Of a DNA stretch of 34,881 bases, positions 1 through 8,314 are shown piece by piece (positions within the stretch are counted from its first letter, which is position 1; each line of letters opens with the position of its first letter). Location of the stretch: contig CAYOYV010000013.1 of the NCBI GenBank assembly GCA_964408285.1, positions 11,617 to 46,497 of the forward strand, written 5' to 3'. A program made the position numbers and the translations under genes. This DNA comes from an uncultured Nitrososphaerota archaeon. Lineage in GTDB: Archaea; Thermoproteota; EX4484-205; JAAOZO01. Below the pieces are notes generated by a model. The model was given only the letters and a program-made list of their open reading frames with translations. It was not told the origin of the DNA and searched no databases.

Positions 1-478
1 GTTCTTTACAGATCTCACGAAGTTCTTCCATGTTGCCAATTCCCCCGAATAAATGAATGGCTATGACCGCCACCGTCTTCTCGGTTATCCTTCTCTCAAC
101 ATCTCTTGGATCCAGTGAATATGTCAGCGGATCCAAATCGGCGAAGATCGGGATGCAGTTCTGATAGAGTATCGGGATGACAGTGCCGATGTCACTTATA
201 GGGCCAGTTATAATCTCGCTGCCTGGATCGGGATTGACGGCGCCCAATGCTACATGTATGGCAGCCGTCCCAGAAGTTGAGGCTATGGCGTGCCCCACAC
301 CGTACATCCTGGCGAATTCGCGTTCAAACTGCTCCACCTTGGTTCCCCCAACTCTGTTCAGATTTCCAGAGAAGATCACGTCAACCAACTCCTTCATCTC
401 CTCTGCGCCGATGTCCCTCCTTGAAGGCAATGGTTTTGTCCTAATCCTAGTTCCTCCTTTGATGGCGAGGCCCTCCAT
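1..478 (-). CDS. DegT/DnrJ/EryC1/StrS family PLP-dependent aminotransferase (N-terminal part, runs off the window edge)
   Basis: Not in the ORF track. Manual minus-strand translation from ATG 478 gives MEGLAIKGGTRIRTKPLP...KVEQFEREFARMYGVGHAIASTSGTAAIHVALGA...IPIFADLDPLTYSLDP...ITEKTVAVIAIHLFG, with typical DegT motifs (SGTAA, PIFAD, IHLFG). The frame is open to base 1. Confidence 0.92.
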   Translation of the reverse strand, partial: MEGLAIKGGTRIRTKPLPSRRDIGAEEMKELVDVIFSGNLNRVGGTKVEQFEREFARMYGVGHAIASTSGTAAIHVALGAVNPDPGSEIITGPISDIGTVIPILYQNCIPIFADLDPLTYSLDPRDVERRITEKTVAVIAIHLFGGIGNMEELREICKE

Positions 479-571
479 GATGGCGAGATCCTCGCCTTAC
501 CCTTTAACTCTTTCAGTCTCGCCCCTTTTTCTAAGGAAACGATAAATCCTAGGGCTGCAGAAATCACGCCC

Positions 572-1681
572 ATGGAAACCAGGCTCAAGATCACGGATGA
601 AGAGGGCTCGCATAAGGTTGAACTCCTTCTCGGCGATGCCGCCGTTAGCTCGATGCACATCAATGATTTGGAAGTGAAAATCGGGAACACTTACCTCAAG
701 ATGGGGGGCATTGGTGGCGTTGGGACTCTGGAAGAGCACAGGATGAAGGGATACTCCAGAAGAGTGATGGATTACTCCATCGAATACATGAGGAACAATG
801 GATACGATATTTCCATGCTTTTTGGCATTCCGGAGTATTACAGCAAGTGGGGATATGTTTCAACCCTGGCAGAATACAAGATAAGGGTGCCGATCCGCAA
901 CGCAGAAAGAGCCAAGCCGGGTCTGCATGCGCGCCCGATGGGTGAGGACGACATCGAACCAATCTTGGCCATATATGAGCGTTCCAATTTATTTCGAACG
1001 GGTCCAGTTAGGCGAGAAACAGGCAAATGGCTTAAGTTCAGAAAAGGGTCTGATTGGAGAATACCTGCTGACGGTACGGTGTTCGAAGACAATACGGGTA
1101 GAGTAGTAAGCTACTACGCCTCGGACAGATGGCCGAGGGTCGTGAGGATTACCGAGGTGGGTTCAGTTGAACCCAGATTCTACGAGAACATGCTTCGCCA
1201 CATGAGCGATATTGCGATACAAAAGAGAGCGACCGAGCTTGAGATCTTCGTCCCATTCGATCATGAGTTCGCCAACCTCTGCAAGAGAATGGGTTGCACA
1301 ATAAGCACAGAATATCATTACGATGCAATGGGTATGGGAAGGATAATCGACCTGACCAGAGCCATGAGCAAATTAATGCCCTTGCTCTCTCAAAGATTGA
1401 TGAAGGCTGATAGAACCAGCATGCCTTCAAGGCTAAGCATCAGGACTGACATGGGAAACTTCACGATCGACACAAGGGGGCTCCTATCCTTTGGAGAAGA
1501 GCCTTCCGTTGATTGGGTGGAATTGCCCCAATATGTCCTCATGCAATTGATGCTTGGATACAGAACGGTTGATGATGTCTTAGCAGATCCTCGGACAAGG
1601 ACCGAGGGAAACACAGCACAGGTCTTGAAAGCAATATTCCCGTCAGGTCATCCATATATCTGGCTAGCAGACTGGTTCTGA
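572..1681 (+). CDS. Eis-like GNAT acetyltransferase (tandem GNAT domains plus C-terminal SCP2-like domain)
   Basis: Acetyl-CoA motif A GIGGVGTLEEHRMKGYSRRVM, then LFGIPEYYSKWGY. C-terminal M-x-RIIDL...LMQLMLGY pattern as in Eis-family proteins. 369 aa. Confidence 0.8.
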   Translation: METRLKITDEEGSHKVELLLGDAAVSSMHINDLEVKIGNTYLKMGGIGGVGTLEEHRMKGYSRRVMDYSIEYMRNNGYDISMLFGIPEYYSKWGYVSTLAEYKIRVPIRNAERAKPGLHARPMGEDDIEPILAIYERSNLFRTGPVRRETGKWLKFRKGSDWRIPADGTVFEDNTGRVVSYYASDRWPRVVRITEVGSVEPRFYENMLRHMSDIAIQKRATELEIFVPFDHEFANLCKRMGCTISTEYHYDAMGMGRIIDLTRAMSKLMPLLSQRLMKADRTSMPSRLSIRTDMGNFTIDTRGLLSFGEEPSVDWVELPQYVLMQLMLGYRTVDDVLADPRTRTEGNTAQVLKAIFPSGHPYIWLADWF

Positions 1682-1763
1682 TTGCCCTTGAATCTTCCCA
1701 GCGCTTTTTCTACCTCCGAAGGCGACGTTATTGATTTAAGTGGGAGCCAGTGATATCCTCGCA

Positions 1764-2174
1764 ATGCACGAATGGGCAATATCCGAGAGCATATTGAACT
1801 CCGCAATAGACGGCGCCCGCGCTCAAGGCATCCTCAAGTTGACGAAAATCAGGATTGGAGTCGGCGAGTTGGCACAACTTGAACCGGATATCCTTAGGTT
1901 TGCATTGGAAAAAATCAAGGCCGGCACTCTGGCCGGAACGGCGATCTTAGAGATAGAGACAGTCCCTGCCAGATTCTCATGCAGATCGTGCGAGAACGAA
2001 TGGGGATTCGCCGATGTCAAAGCAAAGCTGTTCTCCGACGTGGGAAAAGAAAATCCGCTGCACTATGTTCCTGATTTCATCTATTCTTTCATGCGATGCC
2101 CGAGGTGCGATTCTCCAGATTTCAACATAATGTCTGGCAGAGACACGAGCTTTTCTGTGGAGGGAGAGAAATGA
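1764..2174 (+). CDS. hypA: Hydrogenase nickel metallochaperone HypA
   Basis: N-terminal MHE nickel motif, so the true start is ATG 1764. Also GELAQL and two CxxC zinc motifs (CRSC, CPRC) separated by the long insert seen in Thermococcales-type HypA. Confidence 0.93.
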   Translation: MHEWAISESILNSAIDGARAQGILKLTKIRIGVGELAQLEPDILRFALEKIKAGTLAGTAILEIETVPARFSCRSCENEWGFADVKAKLFSDVGKENPLHYVPDFIYSFMRCPRCDSPDFNIMSGRDTSFSVEGEK

Positions 2175-2932
2175 AGACCCAGTCGCGTGATTATAGGATG
2201 ACATCAATAAGAAGATCCCTTTCGAGGGTGAAGAAGGTGATAGTGACCTGCAGCGGCAAAGGAGGGGTAGGAAAGACTGTCACAAGTGCACTCCTGGCCG
2301 TTAGGCTCAAACAGATCGGGTTTAGGACAGGAATTCTAGATCTCGATTTTGCGTCTCCAGCGATCCAATACGTACTTGGTATTCATGAAGTACAGATTAG
2401 GGAAGGAGCAACAGGCATCTTGGCCCCAGAAATAAATGGAATAAGACTCATGTCATCCTCTTTTTTTGTTGGCGACGCTTTTCTCTCGCTTCGAGGAAAC
2501 TCCAAGGCGAACGCGTTGAGGGAGATATTATCGATTACGGATTGGGACATCCTCGACTATCTCATCATTGACATGCCTCCTGGGTCTTCTGATGAGATCC
2601 TGGAACTTTCGCGTGTCCTGCAGGCAGATAGGAGGGCACTTGTTATAGCCACGCCCTGCCTGCTTTCGAGAACGGCCACGGTGAGACTACTCAGGCTTCT
2701 GCCTACAATCAGCATCGCGCCAATTGGATTGATCCTCAACATGATCTCTGATGATTTCATCGAGTTCATGGCATACTTGGAACATATGCAACTAGACCTG
2801 CCATTGCTTGCCGCAATACCATACGATCTCCTAGTCCCAAAATCAGTCGGAAACGTTGGGCAATTGCTAGATACAGCCATTGGAAAGAAATCAAGCGACA
2901 TTGCCCATGCAATCGTGTCTTTGTGGTCATGA
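2171..2932 (+). CDS. Mrp/NBP35/MinD-family P-loop ATPase, probably Mrp/MinD-type HypB
   Basis: Deviant Walker A SGKGGVGKT, LDLD, and DYLIIDMPPG. ATGA overlap with the hypA stop. Lacks the C-terminal CxxC of Fe-S scaffold Mrp/Nbp35 proteins. Confidence 0.85.
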   Translation: MKTQSRDYRMTSIRRSLSRVKKVIVTCSGKGGVGKTVTSALLAVRLKQIGFRTGILDLDFASPAIQYVLGIHEVQIREGATGILAPEINGIRLMSSSFFVGDAFLSLRGNSKANALREILSITDWDILDYLIIDMPPGSSDEILELSRVLQADRRALVIATPCLLSRTATVRLLRLLPTISIAPIGLILNMISDDFIEFMAYLEHMQLDLPLLAAIPYDLLVPKSVGNVGQLLDTAIGKKSSDIAHAIVSLWS

Positions 2933-3014
2933 GCCATCATTCCTTCCTTCAAGATGAGCGTTCTCGGACCGGCGGGTCCCTTCTTGAACCAATACTTGGG
3001 GTGGGCGAATAGGC

Positions 3015-3026
3015 AAAGTATAAATC
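3015..3026 (+). promoter_or_regulatory. Putative BRE/TATA promoter AAAGTATAAATC
   Basis: Purine-rich BRE plus TATAAA about 30 nt upstream of ATG 3056. The identical 12-mer occurs at 32190..32201. Confidence 0.6.
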
Positions 3027-3055
3027 TCGAAAATCACGAGAAGCCCAGGAAGAAA

Positions 3056-3433
3056 ATGCTACCAAGTTACATGTTGAGGCAGTTGTATGTAAAGGGCAGT
3101 TTGAGGAACCTGAAAGAGGGGGACTCAGTAAAGGCATTTACATTCACTATGAAAAACAGGCTGGGGACTGGGACAATAAAGGGAGAGGTGGGCTTGACGG
3201 TCGACAGCGTTCAGATTCCACTAGAGTCAATAACGATCAAGACACAGGATCAGATATTGAATGCCTCTGAAGCCTTTGTAAGTCCATACAAGTTCAGGGT
3301 TGGAGATACCATCGAATTCATCGTCAACAGAGAAGGAGGGCTTACAGTAGGCCAACACAAGATGCTGATAAGGGTCAATACGATGGAATTCGGAAAGGCA
3401 GAATTCGATGTCGTTGACACTATCAGCCAGTAG
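3056..3433 (+). CDS. Hypothetical beta-sandwich protein, DUF6379 (C-glycoside deglycosidase beta subunit)-like
   Basis: 125 aa from ATG 3056. The pattern LYVKGSLRN...FTFTMKN...LTVD...IP.E.ITI...EGGL..G.H resembles DUF6379-type proteins as I recall them. The upstream ORF extension covers a TATA box, so it is probably not coding. Confidence 0.55.
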   Translation: MLPSYMLRQLYVKGSLRNLKEGDSVKAFTFTMKNRLGTGTIKGEVGLTVDSVQIPLESITIKTQDQILNASEAFVSPYKFRVGDTIEFIVNREGGLTVGQHKMLIRVNTMEFGKAEFDVVDTISQ

Positions 3434-5162
3434 ATGCCCTGATGCCCACATTCTTCGAGTATACCAGTTCCAGCTTGCGCTTCAGATTCGCAATCATGGC
3501 CGGTAGCCTCTCTTCAAACATAATGCTCACGAGAATCACTATCTGGACAGGCAGTGTGTAGCCAAGGCTCAAGCTTGCATGCCCCCCAACATAGCTGAAC
3601 AGGATCATACTAACGAGGGTCGTCAGAAGTGTGCATGCAGCTGCCATGAATCTGAACCAAGGTTCGGAGGCTGAGACGAAGAAGAGGCCAAATGGAAGTA
3701 GACAGGCCATGAGCATGGGTATCCAGGCTGGCACCCAAAGCTCGAAGGTAGCCGCCAGCTTCCAGAAGTCGATTGCTATCACGGAAGCACCGATGAATAA
3801 TGGCATTATGTAGGTCAGCCAGAACAAGAGCCATATCAGGGATCTTTCGATCCCGTCCACCCAATTCCTCTGAAGGCTCAGTCTCGCAAGCCAAATCGCT
3901 GAGAACAGACAGACAACGAAAACGAAGAATGAAGCCGCAGACAGGATTTCTGGATCTACCTTCACTACTTCGCTTGAGATGACCTGCTTTTCCCCGACTA
4001 TGCCAGCTACGTATATCACGTACCCGGCTGGAGAGTTCCCGAGAATCATGATATGGCCCTGCTCGTCCAACTGCATTGTCTCAGTTCTCCATCTTGACCA
4101 AGGCCAAGATTCCTTGTAGTTCACCACGATCTGATCGACTCCCTCGCCGGTTGCCCTTATGGCAATGCCTCGAGAGGTCTTCGATATGGACTCAATCGAG
4201 ACTTCGGGGAAATCGGCCTCACCTTTCAGCCATCTTGATGACCAGAGGAATCCAGCCTCTATCCATTCGTCCTTCACAACAAAGTGGCCTGTATTCGGAA
4301 GTATGTTGATGGCCTTGGGAGCTCTCAGAGCCGAGAATGTTTCATTGTAGCTCTGCAGAGGGAAGAATTCATCCGATGTCCCTACAAGCATGAGAACCGG
4401 CACCTTCGACATAGGGGCATAGGCCAATGGGTCGAAATATCTCATCAAGAGAAGGCATCTAGGATCGTCAGCTCTCATTCCCTTCGGAAGATGCCCGAGG
4501 GCAAAAGATCCTCTCTCTACCAAAAGCGGGAAGTCCCCAGCAGCAACGACAGATATCGATGCCTTAAGCCTAGTATCCAGCGCGGAAAGCCAGATACACT
4601 CAAGGCCGCCCTGCGATGCACCGATTGCGGCAATCCTTTCGGAGTCGACAAAGGGCAGTTCCGTGAGAAATGTTATTCCCCTCATAGCGCTGTATAGAAG
4701 TCTGTAGTAGTAACCGTAGTAGGGACCAGATGTAAGATTCAGACGATTCTCATTCGTTTCGCTCGGCCCAGTTGACTTGCCTTGCCCCGGCCCGGAGACA
4801 GCAAGGACAACATATCCCCCCCGAGATATCTCTTCTGCGAGTGAGCTCATCGAGTCGGCTGAACCAAAAGAGCCATGAAGAACGATCAATGCGGGATACT
4901 GCCCATCAGCTTCGGGCCTGTAGAGAATGGAGTCTATCATGACTGGCGATCCCCCGTAATTCTCGCTGAAATATCTCGCCGTAGACTTGAGGATTCCTCC
5001 CTGGAGTTTCTGCCATGGGCCTATCTCCCCCATTGTGGTATCGCCTATTCTGGTGAGGTTCCAGAATGAAATATCGTATTCATTTTTCCTGTAGCTGAGC
5101 GTGGGAGAAAGCAAAAAGCCCACGGCCACCGCAATCACTGTAATATATGTGGACGGTCTCAT
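3423..5162 (-). CDS. Membrane-anchored alpha/beta hydrolase (acetyl xylan esterase / dienelactone hydrolase-like)
   Basis: N-terminal hydrophobic signal or anchor, PALIVLHG, nucleophile GASQGG, GTSDEFF (Asp) and NTGH (His), followed by several C-terminal hydrophobic helices. Likely start MRPSTY at 5162. Confidence 0.8.
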   Translation of the reverse strand: MRPSTYITVIAVAVGFLLSPTLSYRKNEYDISFWNLTRIGDTTMGEIGPWQKLQGGILKSTARYFSENYGGSPVMIDSILYRPEADGQYPALIVLHGSFGSADSMSSLAEEISRGGYVVLAVSGPGQGKSTGPSETNENRLNLTSGPYYGYYYRLLYSAMRGITFLTELPFVDSERIAAIGASQGGLECIWLSALDTRLKASISVVAAGDFPLLVERGSFALGHLPKGMRADDPRCLLLMRYFDPLAYAPMSKVPVLMLVGTSDEFFPLQSYNETFSALRAPKAINILPNTGHFVVKDEWIEAGFLWSSRWLKGEADFPEVSIESISKTSRGIAIRATGEGVDQIVVNYKESWPWSRWRTETMQLDEQGHIMILGNSPAGYVIYVAGIVGEKQVISSEVVKVDPEILSAASFFVFVVCLFSAIWLARLSLQRNWVDGIERSLIWLLFWLTYIMPLFIGASVIAIDFWKLAATFELWVPAWIPMLMACLLPFGLFFVSASEPWFRFMAAACTLLTTLVSMILFSYVGGHASLSLGYTLPVQIVILVSIMFEERLPAMIANLKRKLELVYSKNVGIRASTG

Positions 5163-5227
5163 CTGCCAATAGCCTCTCGTTCGCCTAATTAAAAGCATAG
5201 TTGGCACGCGGCTCAGTCCGGATCCGA

Positions 5228-6379
5228 TTATGGGGAGAACTCGGTTCTGCCTGACGTAAGCGTCCTTACATATGATTCATAGTTGTGTGCCAATCCAGAG
5301 GAGACAGAAGCAACTATCGCACACCCCATTGCCTCGCTCGCAATGCTTGAAGCCCTCTGGATTCGGCGTGACATCAGTTTGGAAAGTGCTCTCGGCAACA
5401 TTGTGGAGAAAGCCATTCCTCCGCTAATGAGGAGATCGCGATTCGTTCCCACAATTGCCTGCAATTGCCTCACTGAGTTCTTTATCCTCAGAGCAAGGGC
5501 GACAAGAGCCTCTTCCGATTCCCCTCTTTTCCAGCTTGAGGGAATCACCTTGCCAAGGACCCATTTCCCCTTGATGAAGAGCGGAGAGCAGAAGAATTGG
5601 TCCGATGACATTCTACCATCAACAAGAGCGTTAATCCCGACCGTGGACCCGATTCGGATGAGGAAATCATCAGAAATGAAGGCTCCTGAGCCTATCAGAT
5701 CCATCTGGTAGTCCCAACCCCCGACGTATACTTTGGCATCAATGCTGAGCCCTGTGACCCTCGCGGCTTCCGTCGTCACGTTGCCAACTAATGAGCCAAT
5801 CACCTTGGAAGGTGCGACTTTCTCCGGAGATACTAGGTGCTTTGTTATTCTCTCGTTTGCTTCAGAGAGATCCCCACCCCACGTGTGATAGGAGTTCGAG
5901 GGCGTCGACGAGAACGCCATCCCTGTAAGCATGTATGAAAGATATTCATGAGGATTCAGAAAGAAGACGGAGTCGTCATAGAGCCTGGCGTCGAGGCCTT
6001 TCAGTTTGGCAGCCAATGAATCCATGAAAAGGGAATCTCCCTCTTTCTCGTCGCTCGCTGGTCCTCCCCAGCCCAACACTGGGCCTTTTCTGCTTCTTTT
6101 CCTCAATCCGACCAGAGTCGGCGATCTGCCTGATATCGACAATGCAGCGACATTGGCGAGGGGATATTCTCTGAGTAGTTCTCTGAAAAACGATCTTAAG
6201 GATTTCCAAAGCATGCAAGTATTCTTGGGCCTTGAAATCGTCATCTCCAGTTCATGTGCCAATTCAAGTCCGTCTAGAATCACTCCCTTTATCCGACTTG
6301 TCCCGACATTGACCCCGAGTGAGGCAGACAAACCCCTGTATTCCTCCTTCTCGCCCAATCCACAGGATGGACCTGCCAT
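5228..6379 (-). CDS. FGGY-family carbohydrate kinase-like protein (short and divergent)
   Basis: LGVNVGTSRIKG (FGGY phosphate-1 motif), EYLSYMLTG, VG.VT.EAA..TGL, GGWD, ISGG, GCAIVA. Alternative start TTG 6331. Confidence 0.72.
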   Translation of the reverse strand: MAGPSCGLGEKEEYRGLSASLGVNVGTSRIKGVILDGLELAHELEMTISRPKNTCMLWKSLRSFFRELLREYPLANVAALSISGRSPTLVGLRKRSRKGPVLGWGGPASDEKEGDSLFMDSLAAKLKGLDARLYDDSVFFLNPHEYLSYMLTGMAFSSTPSNSYHTWGGDLSEANERITKHLVSPEKVAPSKVIGSLVGNVTTEAARVTGLSIDAKVYVGGWDYQMDLIGSGAFISDDFLIRIGSTVGINALVDGRMSSDQFFCSPLFIKGKWVLGKVIPSSWKRGESEEALVALALRIKNSVRQLQAIVGTNRDLLISGGMAFSTMLPRALSKLMSRRIQRASSIASEAMGCAIVASVSSGLAHNYESYVRTLTSGRTEFSP

Positions 6380-7024
6380 TCACATGCCAGGCGGAGATGG
6401 AACCCAGACCTCTGTCGGTTGGGGGAGCTCCTCCTGAGTGCACTCGACCCAATTCTCCACCAATATCCTCGTCCTGCTTTTTCCGATCAGGAATTTCTCC
6501 ACCCCATTAAGCGGCCAGTCCACCATCTCGTTCTTGTAGTGCATGGGGATTGCAATGTTCGGTCTGATCAGTTCGAGAACTTTGGATGCACCTTTGTGGT
6601 CTATGGTGTAGACGCCTCCAACTGGAATAAGCAGAATATTTGTTCCGTTCAATGCTTCGATTGTCTTGGTGTTCGGAATCTCGCCGATGTCTCCCAGATG
6701 AGTTATCCTCATTCCCTCTATCACCAGGGAATAGATCATTGTTGTTCCTCTCTCCAAGCCTCCGGATGAGTCGTGAAACGCCTCAATCCCATCGACTAGG
6801 ACAGGGGTCTCCCAATGGCCTGCCTGCCTTATCACGGTTGGATTTCCCTTGGCAACCCCGAAGTTGTTATGATCGGAATGATTGTGAGTTATTAGAACAA
6901 GATCCGCGAAAGTATCTATCTCCGGATGTCTTACGCCCTTCCTCTGAAAGGGATCTATGAGGATGCGGAGGCCGTTCGCCTCCAGAAGAAAGCAAGAATG
7001 GCCAAACCATTCTATTGTTGCCAT
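6380..7024 (-). CDS. MBL-fold metallo-hydrolase (Lactamase_B_3-like)
   Basis: WFGHSCF, IDPF, ITHNHSDH, HLGD, IPVGG.YT, IPMHY. Start MATIEW at 7024. Confidence 0.9.
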   Translation of the reverse strand: MATIEWFGHSCFLLEANGLRILIDPFQRKGVRHPEIDTFADLVLITHNHSDHNNFGVAKGNPTVIRQAGHWETPVLVDGIEAFHDSSGGLERGTTMIYSLVIEGMRITHLGDIGEIPNTKTIEALNGTNILLIPVGGVYTIDHKGASKVLELIRPNIAIPMHYKNEMVDWPLNGVEKFLIGKSRTRILVENWVECTQEELPQPTEVWVPSPPGM

Positions 7025-7144
7025 TTCTATGACGGACGAGACTTCATTCGAGGATATAATTCTATAAGTGATGGTATCTTGTCGGCCTGTTTGGGCTGAA
7101 GACGTATCACGCTGCTTTTTTGCACAAGGGACGTCATCCCGCAT

Positions 7145-7549
7145 TCATCCCAATTCGACCTCGTCCGATTCCCCGACTAGTCTCTTCAAGTACATTCCCT
7201 CAAGTCTGTCGAAGTCTTTGCTGCCATGATTCACAACGCCGCCACCAAAATTGACAGGGATATGGAGAAGTTCATGCAATATGACCTTCTTCTTTGCTTC
7301 CTCGTCCAATGCATCGAATCTCTCGCTCAAAATCTCGATTACATAGTGGGATTCCAAAGAGAGCGCCACCTGTATCGCCTTTGGCATTCCGTGAATCCTA
7401 GCCACTGTGTTCCGAGACCTTGAGCCAGAGCTTCTGACGACCCTCACTCTGCCTGCATCTATGTAGTTCAGCCCAAGCTTCTTGGTTGCCATCTTCACAT
7501 AATCCTGCAACTTCGGATCGAGAACATATTTCAAGGCCACCCGCCTCAC
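7145..7549 (-). CDS. Putative zinc metallopeptidase (small archaeal HExxH family)
   Basis: HELLH zincin motif preceded by YVIEILSERFD and followed by GG...H. 134 aa. Confidence 0.75.
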   Translation of the reverse strand: MRRVALKYVLDPKLQDYVKMATKKLGLNYIDAGRVRVVRSSGSRSRNTVARIHGMPKAIQVALSLESHYVIEILSERFDALDEEAKKKVILHELLHIPVNFGGGVVNHGSKDFDRLEGMYLKRLVGESDEVELG

Positions 7550-7633
7550 AGCAATGCGGTCATTATCCGGGAACTTATAGCTTCGTCAATCTGACCGGGA
7601 CTTCGCTACAAAGTTGGGTCCAGATCTAGTTGC

Positions 7634-7644
7634 ACATTTATATT
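7634..7644 (+). promoter_or_regulatory. Putative TATA box (TTTATA) of the methyltransferase operon
   Basis: CATTTATATTC about 30 nt upstream of ATG 7672. Confidence 0.5.
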
Positions 7645-7671
7645 CCCCTTGTGCCGCAAGAGGAGCAAAGG

Positions 7672-8310
7672 ATGTCAGGATCTGTACTTGAGGGGATTAG
7701 GAATTCGATAGTCGATCTGAAATTCGAGGAAGAGAAAGCAAGCGTCCAACAAGCGCTCTCAGCGGGCGTTTCTCCGTTGAAGATCCTCGATGAGATGGCC
7801 AAGGCAATGGAAATCGTTGGACAGAAATTCGAAGCCTCGGAATATTTCCTTTCGGAATTGATTGTTGCGGCGGATGTGATGAAGGAAGGACTAACGGTTC
7901 TAGATCCGCACCTGAAGGGAAAGGAGGTCAGGAAATTGGGAACGGTGGTAATCGGGACAGTGAGGGGCGATCTTCATGAGATAGGCAAGAATGTAGTTGT
8001 GATGTTGCTTGAAGCAGCTGGATTCAAAGTCATAGATTTGGGAGTCGATGTTGCTCCTGAAGCATTTGTTGATGCGGTTGCGAAGAACAACGCGCAAATA
8101 GTGGGGCTTTCAGCATTGCTCACTTCGACAATGAATGAGATGGGCAACATAATTCAATCACTGAAGCGAAGCACGGTTAGAGGCCAGGTCAAAGTAATAA
8201 TCGGGGGCGCGCCTATCACAGAGGAATTCGCCAAAAGGATAGGTGCAGATGCATACGCGAGGGATGCTGTAGAAGGGGTCAGAATCTGCAAGTCCTTCGT
8301 CGGAGCGTAG
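7672..8310 (+). CDS. mtaC: Methyltransferase cognate corrinoid (B12-binding) protein, MtaC/MtbC family
   Basis: Cap domain (VGQKFE..EYFLSEL), DxHxxG cobalt ligand motif GDLHEIGKN, DLGVDV, GLSALLT, IIGGAP. Directly upstream of mtaB. Confidence 0.9.
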   Translation: MSGSVLEGIRNSIVDLKFEEEKASVQQALSAGVSPLKILDEMAKAMEIVGQKFEASEYFLSELIVAADVMKEGLTVLDPHLKGKEVRKLGTVVIGTVRGDLHEIGKNVVVMLLEAAGFKVIDLGVDVAPEAFVDAVAKNNAQIVGLSALLTSTMNEMGNIIQSLKRSTVRGQVKVIIGGAPITEEFAKRIGADAYARDAVEGVRICKSFVGA

Positions 8311-8314
8311 TTCC

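Noticed and set aside
177-545. 122-aa plus-strand ORF in the track
   Set aside because: It is the antisense shadow of the DegT aminotransferase on the minus strand (1..478).
7145-7549. Metallopeptidase as a prophage or mobile-element marker
   Set aside because: No integrase, transposase, terminal repeats or structural genes nearby, and the flanking genes are metabolic.
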